Shown: positions 1-11,011, numbered from the whole stretch's first letter. The stretch: 63,828 nucleotides of DNA, filler included, from Vannella sp. (GCA_023345925.1; 7 parts of 7 records of this genome joined end to end with filler, not necessarily neighbours in it); one strand, 5' to 3'. The notes: generated from the sequence alone by a model not told the origin. Made by a program: numbers and translations.

Positions 1-52
1 TTTTCTCTTTCCCCGTTCCACGCCCTTCCCTTCCTTGAGCCTATCCAGTCTA

Positions 53-2706
53 ATGAGTGTAAGGATACTTCTCTTGGTGCTATTACTGTTTGTCTTCTCC
101 GTGGAAGGTCAGTGGGGAGGGTGCACTCTCATTCCTTTGAGAGGCTAAAGGATAGCGTCAGGTCAGAGCAGCCCGTCCGAGATCTCTTTGATTGGATTGT
201 TCCCCTTGGTCTCCACTGCCTCCATAGCAAAGCTAGCCGTGGAGAAAATCAACAGAGACCCCAACATTCTCAACGGCGTCAACTTGGTCATGACCTTCAA
301 CGACGACAAGCGAGACCCGCAGACCGCAACCTCTATCTTCCTCGAGCAGATTAACCTTCCTCGTAGCTCCCCTCCTATTGGCATTGTCGGTCCCAGGTCC
401 TCCCGCGTGTGCACAGGTTTGAATTACGCCGCCAGTTGGTACAAGATTCCTCAAGTCTCGTACTTCTGTACGGCTCAGACACTCTCTAACAAGCCGTTCT
501 TCTTTCGAGGGGTTCCCTCTGATACAGAGCAAGTGCAAGTGATGTTCGATCTGCTCAGGTACTTTGGATTCGACAAAGTGGCGACCATCTTCTCGACAGA
601 CGAGTACGGTTCAAGCTTCCAGACGGTACGTGGTATGATGGAGGCACTCTCATGAACTCATCAGTCTGTCGGTTAAGGTCTTTGCAGCGGAGGCGGTGAA
701 GAAAAACGTTTCTGTTCTCCTCTCGGAACAGTTCTACAGCACCAATCGCAATGTATCGGACCAATTGACGCTTTTGAAGGCATCTGGAGCTCGCGTGTTC
801 CTATCCTTCACTAGCGATCGAGATTTCTTGACAGTGCAGCAAGAAGCGAACCGACAGGACCTTTATGGGCCTTCTTATGTCTGGTTTAGTATCGACGGAG
901 GCGCAACGCGGCTCTCCTATTTGAACAATACGTCAGATGTCACTTCTATCGATCCTCTGGCAAACCAAACCCTTCCTGGCGCAATGGGAACCCAAGTGGC
1001 TAACGGATACGGTTCTGTCTATCAAGGTGAGTGAGAGGTTGAGTAGCTCGTAACCTTGTTCTCTCTTCTCAAGTTATGTAGCACTTGTACAAGAGTGGCA
1101 ACAACTGAACACGAGCCAGTACCCGGGGTCTGGAAGGTGAATTCTGTGAAAGCTGGTTGCCAGTAGAGACTGACTTGGGGCGGAGGGATGAGATTGATAA
1201 CTACGATGCAGTCACGTTTGACATTGTTTACGCGTACGCGTATGCGGCAGAGATGCTGTTGGCCTCGGGAGAGTCCCTGACTGGAGAGAACATGGCCAAG
1301 TATTTGAGACTGGTGAACTTTACTGGCATTACGGGGCCCTTTCTCTTCGACCAGCAAGGCAATCGGGTGCCAGTCGCCTATAACGTGGTCAACTTTCGGA
1401 AGGGGAGGACAAGCCCCCAAATAGTTGGGAGCTGGACTTCAGGAAACCTCCAAGTTGACGACTCCATTCTTGAATGGCCATCTGGGAGCAATGTGAAGCC
1501 CGATCTCAACGAAACGACTCCCCGAAAGTACTGGTCTTGTCATCAACGCCGAAGACGCGTTGATCCGACTGGGTACGCCCTTTGAGTCTGTTGAGATGTC
1601 ACTAATGGTAGATTTTAGCAAGAAAGTGAGGATAGAAAGACCGGATGGTGATGACGTGAACAACATTGATGACTCTTATCGGTGCGACGAGTTCATTGAT
1701 TGCCAAAACATGAGCGATGAAAGTGGTTGTAGTGTTTCCATCATCCCAGCCATGATTACCTTCGGAATAGTGACTGGGTTGTTGTTGTGCCTCCTCCTCC
1801 TGTTGGCGGTCGTCGTTTTCGCTCTCCATTTCGGATTCAAGTCTGAAAGAGTTCTTTCTGCTGGACCTTTGTTCCTTCTCACAATCATCGCTGCCTCTTT
1901 CCTGGGGTTCATTTCCACCTACTCCTTCTATGGGAAGCCAACAAAACCCAGCTGTGGGTTCCAGCCTTGGCTTTTAGGCCCTGCCATTATGTTACTGGTC
2001 TCGTAAGTTCCTCTCCCTCATTTCTCAACTACTAACAAAAGACCAGAGCTCTCTTTTGTCGAGCTGTATCAAAGTACTTGGCACTTCGCTCAAGTTTCAG
2101 CGTTTTCAAGATGAGCTCCATCAAGTTCCTTGTTGGCATAACCGTACTCATGACACCCTTCATCGTACGTCTATCCTATAGCCTATGCCAGTGCTTATGA
2201 AGTGTTTCTAGGTGGTTCTAGTGGTTTGGTACATCGTAAGCACCCCCACGGCAGGATTCAAGAAAATGCGTTCGCATAAGCATGGCCATTTCATCTGCTT
2301 ATCGGACGGACTGGTTCCCGGTCTGACGTGGGTCTTCTTCTTTATTCTAGTGGGATACTCCGGCTTTGTGCTATTGCTTGGAACAGCGTTTGCCTTCATC
2401 ACTCGAAGTGTGAAGACCCAGTACAACGAAGAGCAGTCCATCGCACTGTCCATTTACAATCTTACCTTCGTGGGAATGGTCTCGATAGCGGTTCTCTTTG
2501 TCCTGAACTACCAAGAGAACTACTTGGCCTATTGGATTCTTCTCATGGTGGCCATCAATTACGCCTTTGCCAGCACTCTGTTCTTCAACTTAGCTCCCGT
2601 TCTGTTTGGTACTTTGAAAGACAAGCTCTTCACCAAAGAAGAAAAGTTCTTGGCTAGACCAGACAAACGCGCACGCCTCTCCACTCGGCCAGACGACGAA
2701 GGATGA
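53..2706 (+). CDS. Class C (family 3) GPCR: signal peptide, Venus-flytrap/ANF-receptor ligand-binding domain, LDL-A-like Cys module, 7TM; multi-exon
   Basis: ATG 53 gives signal peptide MSVRILLLVLLLFVFSVE; intron 108-161. VFT motifs AVEKINRDPNILNG, IVGPRSS, IPQVSY, FFFRGVPSD, NFTGITGPFLFDQQGNR. CDEFIDCQNMSDESGC precedes the TM region. 7TM-3 motifs include FITRSVKTQYNEEQSIALSIYN. Confidence 0.88.
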
Positions 2707-2838
2707 GATCTCAATTCACCTTTTCCTACTTTCCCGCCGTTTTCACTCCTTTCAACACAGTTTAACTTGTTCTCCCTTCCGTGTTATGACTTGATGTTAG
2801 GAACTTGCGTTCCCTTCTCCAGGAGATTCATTTCTTGA

Positions 2839-3905
2839 ATGGCTGGTCATTGGTGGGGACTGCTAGTTGTAGCAGCGTTGTGTTGGAGTGGTAGGTGGAC
2901 TAGAGAGTATGAGATATCCTTGCTGAGAGAACGATGGAGCTTTGGGGACCCAGCCACCTCAGCAGTGGAACTTTCCAGCAACCCAACAGTGCCTGTTCTA
3001 CTCCTACGCTGCGTACTGTCCAGCTGCAAGCGTGACCGACTGGAACTGTAAATGGTGCATCCAGACCTCTTCATTCCAACCGCTCGCTTTCCCTTACGAC
3101 AAGCGGATTGAAGCATACGCGTACATCGGCATCAACCCTGACAACTCTACAAGTACGTTGGGACCAGGAGGGATACGAAAGTAGTGTTCACTATCGTGCA
3201 GTTGTTGTGGCCTTCCGAGGCTCCCACTCTATCAAGAGCTTCATCATCGACCTTCAGTCAGCGACTCTCATTCCTTACAAGAACGTGACAGGAGCCAGTG
3301 TTGGCCTTGGATTCTACAAGGAGTGGATTGATTTGAGTACTCAGGTGATGCCTGAAGTGAAGAAGCTGTTGCAGCAGCATCCTTCGTACTCGGTTTGGGT
3401 GACGGGACACTCTCTTGGCGGTGCCCTGGCCACCCTCTGTGCCCTTGACCTTCAAACTGATCTTCATATCAATGCTACGGTATACACATATGGTTCTCCA
3501 CGAGTAGGGAACGTAGCCTTCGCTCAGTACTACAACAGCCTCGTTCCAAACACCTTCCGCATTGTCAATGGACGGGATGTTGTCACTCACCTTCCTCTCA
3601 TGACCATGGACTTCTATCACGTAGCTACAGAGGTATGGGAGAACCCACCAGAGTGTAAGAACCATCACACCGGCCTCACACCACCAACTAACCTTCCTCC
3701 AGCCAACAGCTTCCGTGTTTGTGACGCAAGCGGGGAGGATCCGCACTGCTCCGATTCCCAACTTACAGACACGTCCGTTTACGACCATTTACACTACCTC
3801 AACTACTACGAGGACTGCGAATCCATCGAGGATCTCACTTTCGCTGACCTGCAACGCATCCTTTCAGGCTCCCACTCGCTCCAAGGCTCATCAACGCCAG
3901 TCTAA
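2839..3905 (+). CDS. Secreted class 3 lipase (alpha/beta hydrolase), copy 1; multi-exon
   Basis: Signal peptide; YSYAAYC, VVAFRGS, VWVTGHSLGGALATL nucleophile elbow, TYGSPRVGN, RIVNGRDVVTHLP, C-terminal DHLHYL. Confidence 0.92.
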
Positions 3906-4020
3906 CTTACTCTCTGAAGAATGCTCTTTAAGTTAATGCACATGGAGTGTCTGTTGGTCAAAGGAATGCTCAAAGGGCAGTCAACGGCAGTCTTTCGGAC
4001 ATTCTCTTTTCGCCTGGTTC

Positions 4021-5076
4021 ATGCGAGCGACCTCATTCGCGTGTTTATTGGCGCTTGTTGTCGTTGCAAGTGAGTGGGGCAGCAAGTACACATCCAATGG
4101 GACTAAATAGGGACTAGAAAGCCTCCCTGTTCGCTCAATCGAGTGGAACTTCGGAACTACTGAGCAGTTCCTCTTCTATTCGTACGCAGCGTACTGTCCT
4201 CTCGCTAGTGTGAGTGATTGGTCTTGCAAGTGGTGTAAAGAGCCTGCAGTAGATGACTTCCAACCGTTCGCTTTCCCCTTTGATGAGACGATCCAAGGCT
4301 CTGGCTTCATTGGAGTCGATCCCAGGAACCAAACAAGTGCGCTCCCGCCATCTTACTGAGTTACTTGTACTCACAGTGTATCTCTCTGTAGTTGTGGTGG
4401 CTTTCCGAGGCTCACAATCGCTCAAGAGCTTCCTTATCGACCTCCAGTCCGTCGTCTCGGTCCAGTACAAGAACGTCTCGGGGGCTACCGTCGGTTTGGG
4501 CTTCCTGAAGGAATGGGAAGCACTGCTTCCTCAGGTACTACCTGAAGTACAGAAGCTAATGGTCCAGTTCCCCACGTACTCCGTGTGGGTGACAGGGCAC
4601 TCCCTTGGAGGCGCCGTTGCCACTCTTTGCGCTCTCGACATCAAATCAGTGCTTAATGTTGACCCTAACGTCTACACGTACGGTGCGCCACGCGTGGGGA
4701 ACAAGGGATTCGCTCAGTTCTACGATCTTTTGGTGCCCAACACCTTCCGCATCGTCAATGGACACGATCTCGTCCCACGCGTTCCCATCCTCGCTTTGGG
4801 CTTCTATCATGTTTCTACTGAGGTTTGGGAGACCCCTTCGGAGTGTAGGTACCCTCAAAGGGAGCAGGAGCGTCGTCTAACATGGTTGTAGCGGACAGTT
4901 TCCTTGTCTGCGTAGGAGGCGAAGATCCTCACTGTTCTGACTCCTATGCGACTCCCACATCAGTGTACGATCATCTCCACTACCTGAACTTCACAGAAGG
5001 CTGCGCAGGCAACCAATTGAACGATCTGGAACCAAACCACCTCCAAAGCCTCCTCCCCGGTTTGGGCCTGATTTGA
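4021..5076 (+). CDS. Secreted class 3 lipase, tandem copy 2; multi-exon
   Basis: ATG 4021 signal peptide; same motifs (YSYAAYC, VAFRGS, VTGHSLGGAVATL, TYGAPRVGN, DLVPRVP, GEDPHCSDS, DHLHYL) and equivalent intron positions as copy 1. Confidence 0.92.
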
Positions 5077-5204
5077 TCTCCCTCTTGCCGAGGAACGCAA
5101 TGAACCGATACATACCGCTCTAAGAGAGGTTGGGTTTGGTGGCAGGCTCCTTTTAGAGGCTTCTCTTCCCCTCTTTGAGATCATTTGTTGGTTCCCCTTC
5201 GTTG

Positions 5205-6304
5205 ATGGTGACTGCTTGGGCGGTTCCCAGTGCGTGTCACGCGTTGTTCTTCTTCTCTTCGCTGCGTATGCTTCCTTACGCAGATGAAGATATCATCACA
5301 GCCATCCAAGGGACCTTGCTGCTTGTATCTGTGGGGTGGACGTGGCGCTTCCTCTCGCAATACAAAAAGTACGTCAACTATCGACTTCCAGAGAACGCCC
5401 CTGGAGCCCTCATCCTCTTGTGGGATCCTTCTCCTATGGCCTTCTTCTTCATGTGGTAAGAAGGCTCCTGTTCATCACCAGAGAGAGGCTGACATCGCCG
5501 GGCAGTTTATTTTCGCCCATGACCGTCCTGGTCCTCTTCTCTCTCATCCATCCGTTCACTACCTTCCTTGGTATTGTCAATAGCGAGCTCATCTGTCTAG
5601 GACTTGCTGCATTGGTGAGTAAGGTTCACTGGGTTGGCGAGTTCTCCCCACTCTGACCACTCCTGAAGCTGATCAAGATGAAAGACAAGTTCTTAGAGAG
5701 AGAGCTGACGATTAGGAAGATCGATGCCTGTGCCCAAGAAGAAAAGGACGACTATCAGACCAAGTTCTTCACTCAAGAGCCCAAAGGCGACTATTTCTCC
5801 AAGTTCAAGCCTGCTGAAGTGTCTCAGAAGACTGATTATCCTGAAAACAGGCCATTCAGAGCTCCTCCAGCAGAGGAGCCTGCAAACGAATCCCCCCTCT
5901 TTGCGCAGCCCGTTCGAGGACGCCTGCCCGCGCATCAGCCGGCTCGTCGCACTGACGTACAGACAAGGGATCCTCAGATGATTAAAGCCAACTCTCAGCA
6001 GAGACTTGCCAGGCACCCTGACACTCCCCATCACACCACCAGAAGAATCAAGGACGAACAGGAGGATCCCATGGAAGTAGAAGCTTCACCTCCGTCCTTC
6101 TTCTTGGGATCAGTACAAAGAAGTTCCTATTCATCCCCCAAGTCCGAGCCAGAGGAAGCTGACTTCCTTCCGCCGATCAAAAGTGTCACTGAAAGTCTCG
6201 CTCCGCGGCAGAGGCAGATCTCGACCCCACAGCCCTCCAATCCCTTCCAGAGTGGAAGTACCAAGAAGAAGAGACGGCAAACCAACCCTTTCAAGCTGGG
6301 ATGA
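5205..6304 (+). CDS. Nur1/Mug154-like (DUF2418) nuclear-rim membrane protein with disordered tail; start uncertain
   Basis: TM segments around LWDPSPMAFFFM(intron)LFSPMTVLV, then MKDKFLEREL, resembling the WDP...LFSP...KDK core of Nur1/Mug154; two NPF motifs in the tail. Confidence 0.55.
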
Positions 6305-6363
6305 GGCTCGCAGCAACCCACACAGGTCCAAGTCGTCTTGGGCAAGTGCTTTCATGAAAGCTG

Positions 6364-6995
6364 CTAAAGGTCGATCAAGCGGAAGACTCGTTCTGGGGAT
6401 AGCTGAAGATCATGGCCAGTGATCTCTTGGATCTCCTTGTTGAGGAGACCAACCAAGCAATGGCGATCGCGCGTGTTCACCCACGCCGTTGTGTTCTCGT
6501 CCCAAGTGTAGCGCTTGGGCCCACTCCATTCCCTGTCAACACTGATAGCACACGCAGAGGGACATTCATACCTTAAAGGGGAGGACAGCCAGATCTGCTG
6601 GTTAGGGGGCTGCTTGTTAAGGACAAAGTCATTCCCCCCTCCGAGGGAGAAGCTCAATACGCCATCCTGGCTTCGTTGTTAGTCGGCTGGGGGAGAGTTT
6701 CGGGTAGGATTTCCCCCACAGAGTACTGTAGATCAAAGCCAGGTAGCTCCTGCTTCTCCTCGATCTCTCCAATCAAGTCCGAAAGAGCCTCCAAGGTGCC
6801 GAGGACAAGCGTCGCGTAGTTCTCCACCTCCGGAGCCCCTAACTCCTCCACATGAGCATACCAACGAACAATCACCGGCCTCCTCTGTTCCCCACTACAA
6901 GAGGCCCCCGGCCACGCCCCCAAAGGCACCTTCCCCGCGCTCCATCCCGCTCGCCAACACCGCCATCCCAACACGCCTGTCGCTGCCCTCCGCAT
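6364..6995 (-). CDS. FXN: Frataxin (mitochondrial Fe-S assembly); multi-exon
   Basis: Arg-rich presequence; FVLNKQPPNQQIWLSSPL...SGPKRY signature. Confidence 0.92.
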
Positions 6996-7055
6996 TCCAA
7001 ATGGAATAGATACAGCCTCCTCATGATTTGATGCTCAAAGCACCAAGGAATGGCC

Positions 7056-7069
7056 TGGTCACGTGACCA
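7056..7069. promoter_or_regulatory. Perfect 14-bp palindromic E-box TGGTCACGTGACCA in the frataxin/START divergent promoter
   Basis: Palindrome read directly; its GTCACGTGAC core matches bHLH-ZIP (CLEAR/USF/Cbf1-type) sites; lies in a ~100-nt gap between divergent start codons. Confidence 0.45.
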
Positions 7070-7093
7070 AGTGGAGGTCATTAGCTTCCTCTC

Positions 7094-7961
7094 ATGCCTT
7101 CCCATGAAGACTACGTTGCCTTGGCAAAGGTGGGGTTCGAGCAAGGTGAGTAGGGGATGGCAGGAGGAGTGGGAGCTGATGTGGGGGATGGTGGAGTGGC
7201 GAGTTTGATGTCGGAGGAGTTGGGAGCTCCCTTTTGGGAGTATGTGACGGAGACGGATGGATGTGTGCTGTATCGTCGTATGAATGAGGAAGCAGATAAC
7301 AGCTCTGGAATCCGCACGGTCAGGGTCCAGATCCCTTTCCCTGTCCCTGCTAAACGCGTGTTTGACTTTGTCTGGGACCTGAGCAACCGCCGCAAGTTTG
7401 ATAGCCTCGTGACAGACCTTCAAGTTGTTGTAGACATCAAAGACGAGCTCGTAGAGCCCGTCAAAGCGTGTGATGTCCTCTACGCGTCCTTTTCAATGCC
7501 TTTCCCGATCTCCTCGAGAGACTTTGTGCATGTGAGGTATGTCTGAGTGACTCCTGTGAGGTACTGATAGGTTCAGAGCTTACCAAGAGTATAAAGGAGG
7601 CTGGATGACGTCAGCAAAGTCAACAACGCACCCAAACTTCCCTGAGCGTGGTCTTGTTCGTGGAAGCGTGAGTGCTGTGCCTCTGGATGTCTCGGTGGAT
7701 GTCTTATGAGTCTCAACAGATCGATGTGGACGGCTTTATCTTCCAACCGGATCCAGAGGACCCGGAAAACAAGTGTCTCGTCAAATACGTTGCTCGGATG
7801 GACCCCAAAGGTGCGTCTCTCGTTCCACCCGTCTCCCTCCTCTATCTAACATCCCTCTAGGAAGCCTCCCAGCCTTCGCTGTCAACTTGGCCAACCGAAA
7901 AGCAACTCAAACTCTCGTAGCGATCCGCTCAGCCCTTGTTAAGGACCTTATGAACAAGTAA
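7094..7961 (+). CDS. START-domain lipid-binding/transfer protein; multi-exon
   Basis: ATG 7094, intron 7146-7196; VWDLSNRRKFD, MPFPISSRDFVHVR, HPNFPERGLVRG, YVARMDPKG(intron)SLPAFAVN. Confidence 0.88.
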
Positions 7962-8045
7962 AGTGCCGTAGAGTTCCCTTTGTATCATCGAATCACGCTC
8001 TTCGAACAGCAAGCGAAGTTATTTTCTCTCCCTGCGCGCGTCAAC

Positions 8046-9449
8046 ATGGCGACGTGTACAAGGGAGCAGGACCAGCGAGTGGTACGTTGTCGTGTTAAAG
8101 GAGGTGCGGAACTCATGCGTGCGGGTAGTGGGTGGAGCTGGGGGACTTCCTTCGGGGAGAGAATGGAATCACCATCAAGGACCGGACTTACAACTTCCGC
8201 ACGTATCGCTCAGTGTTTATAGGTGCGCTCTCTACTTGATCCATCTGTTCTACGCTCACTCCCATCCTTCTTCGTTCCAGGAAGCGAGGCAGTGACGTGG
8301 ATGACCTTAAACGGCTTCGCTACAAGCAGGGAGAGTGCTGTGGCACTTGGACAAGAGATGCTAAGGGGAGGTATATTCCACCATGTCAACTATGGCTACG
8401 ACTTCAAAGACCAGAACCTCTTTTACCGCTTTCCTGTTCGTCTCCCCCTTCCTTCGCTCCCTGTTCCCTCCAGAGACTCACCATCGAGCAGGAGGACGAC
8501 CCCTTACAAAGGAGGGTCAAGGTTACAGGGCCATCAGTGGCTGAACTGATATCGGATTGTGGAGTGACCAAAGCTGGTTGGGTGCTGGGAAGCGGGAAGA
8601 TCTTCTGGAACCGCCGCTATCTGGTCGTCAAGCAAGACGAGGGCAAGCTCTTCTACTTTCATAGCAACCTGGACCACTCCCCCAAGCGCGTGTTCGAGTT
8701 GGGCGACGGAGTGGGCGTTCGCGAAGAGATCGGAAGCCGTGCGAAGAAGGGCAGTTACTGCTTTACCATCTTCTCTTCGGCAAGTTCCTTCACCTTTGCT
8801 TGTGAAGACAGCGTGGATCAAGAGAGCTGGATGGGGGCTCTAGTGGATGCGGGCATTGACATGGAAGAGGACGAGACCGCCGCTGGTGGTCCTTCCTCTC
8901 TGTTCGACTTTAACTGCATTGATATCGACGGAAACGATGTTCCACTATCAAACTACGCAGGAATGGTCTGTTTGGTGGTGAATGTCGCCACCAAGTGAGG
9001 AAAGACCGCCGTGAACTATCAACAGCTGCAGGAGCTCTATCAAGAGTTGGCTCCTCGCGGGTTCACGGTGTTAGCTTTCCCTTGTAACCAGTTTGGCCGC
9101 CAAGAACCTGGTACAGAGGCAGAGATCAAGGCATTCGCGACGGGAGTGTACGGCGCCGAGTTCCCTCTCTTTGCCAAAGTGCGGGTCAACGGTGCGGATG
9201 CCCACCCTCTGTGGAAGTTCCTTAAGTCTTCCCTCAAGGGCACCTTCGGTCAGAGCATCAAATGGAACTTCACCAAGGTCAGGAAGCCCGTTTCGTTGCG
9301 GTCTAATGCTCACTCAAATGCAGTTCCTCGTGGATCAGCAAGGCATTCCACGTGAGCGCTACGGTACTCCCACTAACCCTGCGGGAATACGAAAGAGCAT
9401 CGAAGCTCTCCTAGTAGGAGAGCCGCTGGGTCCCAGCGATGCTGAATGA
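8046..9449 (+). CDS. DEP-PH-glutathione peroxidase (GPx4/PHGPx-like) fusion selenoprotein, ~398 aa, Sec encoded by TGA 8996-8998
   Basis: Exons 8046-8081, 8129-8222, 8281-8435, 8492-9277, 9324-9449 (1197 nt, in frame). DEP: GITIKDRTYNFRTYRSVFIGSEAVTWM...AVALGQEMLRGGIFHHV...FKDQNLFYRF. PH: KAGWV...WNRRYLVV...DQESWMGAL. GPx: VVNVATK-TGA-GKT, AFPCNQFGRQEPG, IKWNFTKFL. Confidence 0.9.
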
Positions 9450-9487
9450 GCGCGACTCTTCATCGAAGGACCAGATGGCACCCTCGC

Positions 9488-9553
9488 AGGTCTCCAATGA
9501 CGAGTGCACTGAAATCCTTTCAAGGACAGTGTACTCTGAGCTAAGATAGACCT
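9488..9553 (+). promoter_or_regulatory. Eukaryotic SECIS element, type II
   Basis: Helix I AGGTCT/AGACCT; core ATGAC (9497) / TGAG (9537); 10-bp helix II GAGTGCACTG/CAGTGTACTC; AAA bulge 9512-9514; apical mini-stem TCCTT/AAGGA; lies 3' of a GPx with an active-site TGA. Confidence 0.92.
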
Positions 9554-9614
9554 CTGAGCTGCTATCTGCGGTCCAATACACTGCTTTTTGTTCATTTCCT
9601 CGTGGCTGGGTGGG

Positions 9615-10931
9615 ATGAACACTCTCAGGGAGTCCACGAAGATGCAGATCGTCTTGCGGACAACGTTAGACTCCTTGGCAAGTGAGGACAATGATGTGAG
9701 TGAAGAGGAATACGACGCTGATGCCATGGACGAGGAGGACGAGGAGGAACCGTTGGAGGAGATGCCTGCGACGTTCTCTGTGTCCAGCCCTGTCGATGAG
9801 TATCTCTTCTTCTCATCAGAGGATGAAGATAACGAGGAAGAGGAGCTCCTGGACTATTCTATCCTCCCTGCTGAGTCTGCGCTGGCGCCCCCTTCCTCCC
9901 AGGCCGCCGCAGCAGAAGGAGAGGAGAAGGAGACCGAGGCAGTGCAAGAGGACCTGTTTTACGTTCGAGACTATCTTAGGAAACGAAAAGAAGAGCCTCA
10001 GTACCCTCGTCTGGACTGCTTTGGCGCGATAAGCGAGCACGAAATGACCGAAGAGGAGAGCCTCCTTCATCATCACGAGCGCATCTCTCGCCTTGCAGAC
10101 CTCTATGGGGGACAGTTTAGACGTCTCTATGACTCCTTACAGTCTGCGTTCAAGCAATATCGAGTCCTCCACCGAGAATTGCTCTTCGCAAAGCGAATGG
10201 AGCAAGGCGGTTACTCTGCCTCGTTGACTACAGATGCAGGCGGCTACGGACTCACCATATCTGCGTCTTCGTCATCCAATCCAACACCCATGACAGAGGC
10301 AGAGCGAGCTGAAGCCAACCGTCATGAGGAGGACTTTGTCTTTTCCTCTCTCATGAAGCAAGTGATCCACTACACTGACGTCTTCCGCGAAGAGAACCTC
10401 TCTAGGAAGCAGTCAGAGTCAGAGTACGCCGCTTCTGCTGCCGTAAGTACTCCCGATCTTGCGAACGAGGCCGGAGACTGATCAGTCTGGGAAGCCTCGT
10501 CGATTCCCTCGCTCTTTAGAGACGAGAACACCTGAAGGAACTCAATGTGTGCTTGAAGGATGCCTCATGAGACAACTCCCACCCACCAATTACTGTTATT
10601 CACGTAAGAATGGAAAGGAGGGTCCGTTCTTTCACTGATCACGCTTGTTTCAGACATCCTACACGACCCACACCAGACCTTGTTTGTAGGATGCACTTTC
10701 CCACTACAGTCCAGTCAGCCCTGCAACTACCCGGTGCTAGTCAACCAGCCAACGACATTCTGTGCCGCCCACGCCGACCTTCCCAACTACGTCCGACCCT
10801 CTGGGAAGCATTTAACTGTCGAGGAGGATCCCAGTCTCCTTGGTAAGCGCGCAGCAAGTGATGCATCTCTCTACCAGCTTGAAGAGTTGCTGCAACCGCC
10901 ACCATCAGCCGACAGTTTGTTCCCTTACTGA
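9615..10931 (+). CDS. KANSL2/INO80D-like protein with C-terminal C3Hc3H zinc-finger region; start uncertain
   Basis: Acidic N-terminus; RLADLYGGQFRRL helix; spliced C-terminal CVLEGC...PPTNYCYSH(intron)ILHDPHQTLFVGC...CNYPVL...FCAAH. Confidence 0.65.
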
Positions 10932-11011
10932 AAGCCTTTTGTAACATCCTCACAGATAACAAAGTAGTGGCTTTAGGGGGCGTTGCCAGAGGAGGAAAGT
11001 GACTTCTTCCT

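Noticed and set aside
8995..9000. GTGAGG at the GPx TGA as a 5' splice site, or the TGA as a pseudogene stop
   Set aside because: The frame continues directly into conserved GKTAVNYQQLQELY, splicing would delete the catalytic position, and a canonical SECIS lies downstream.
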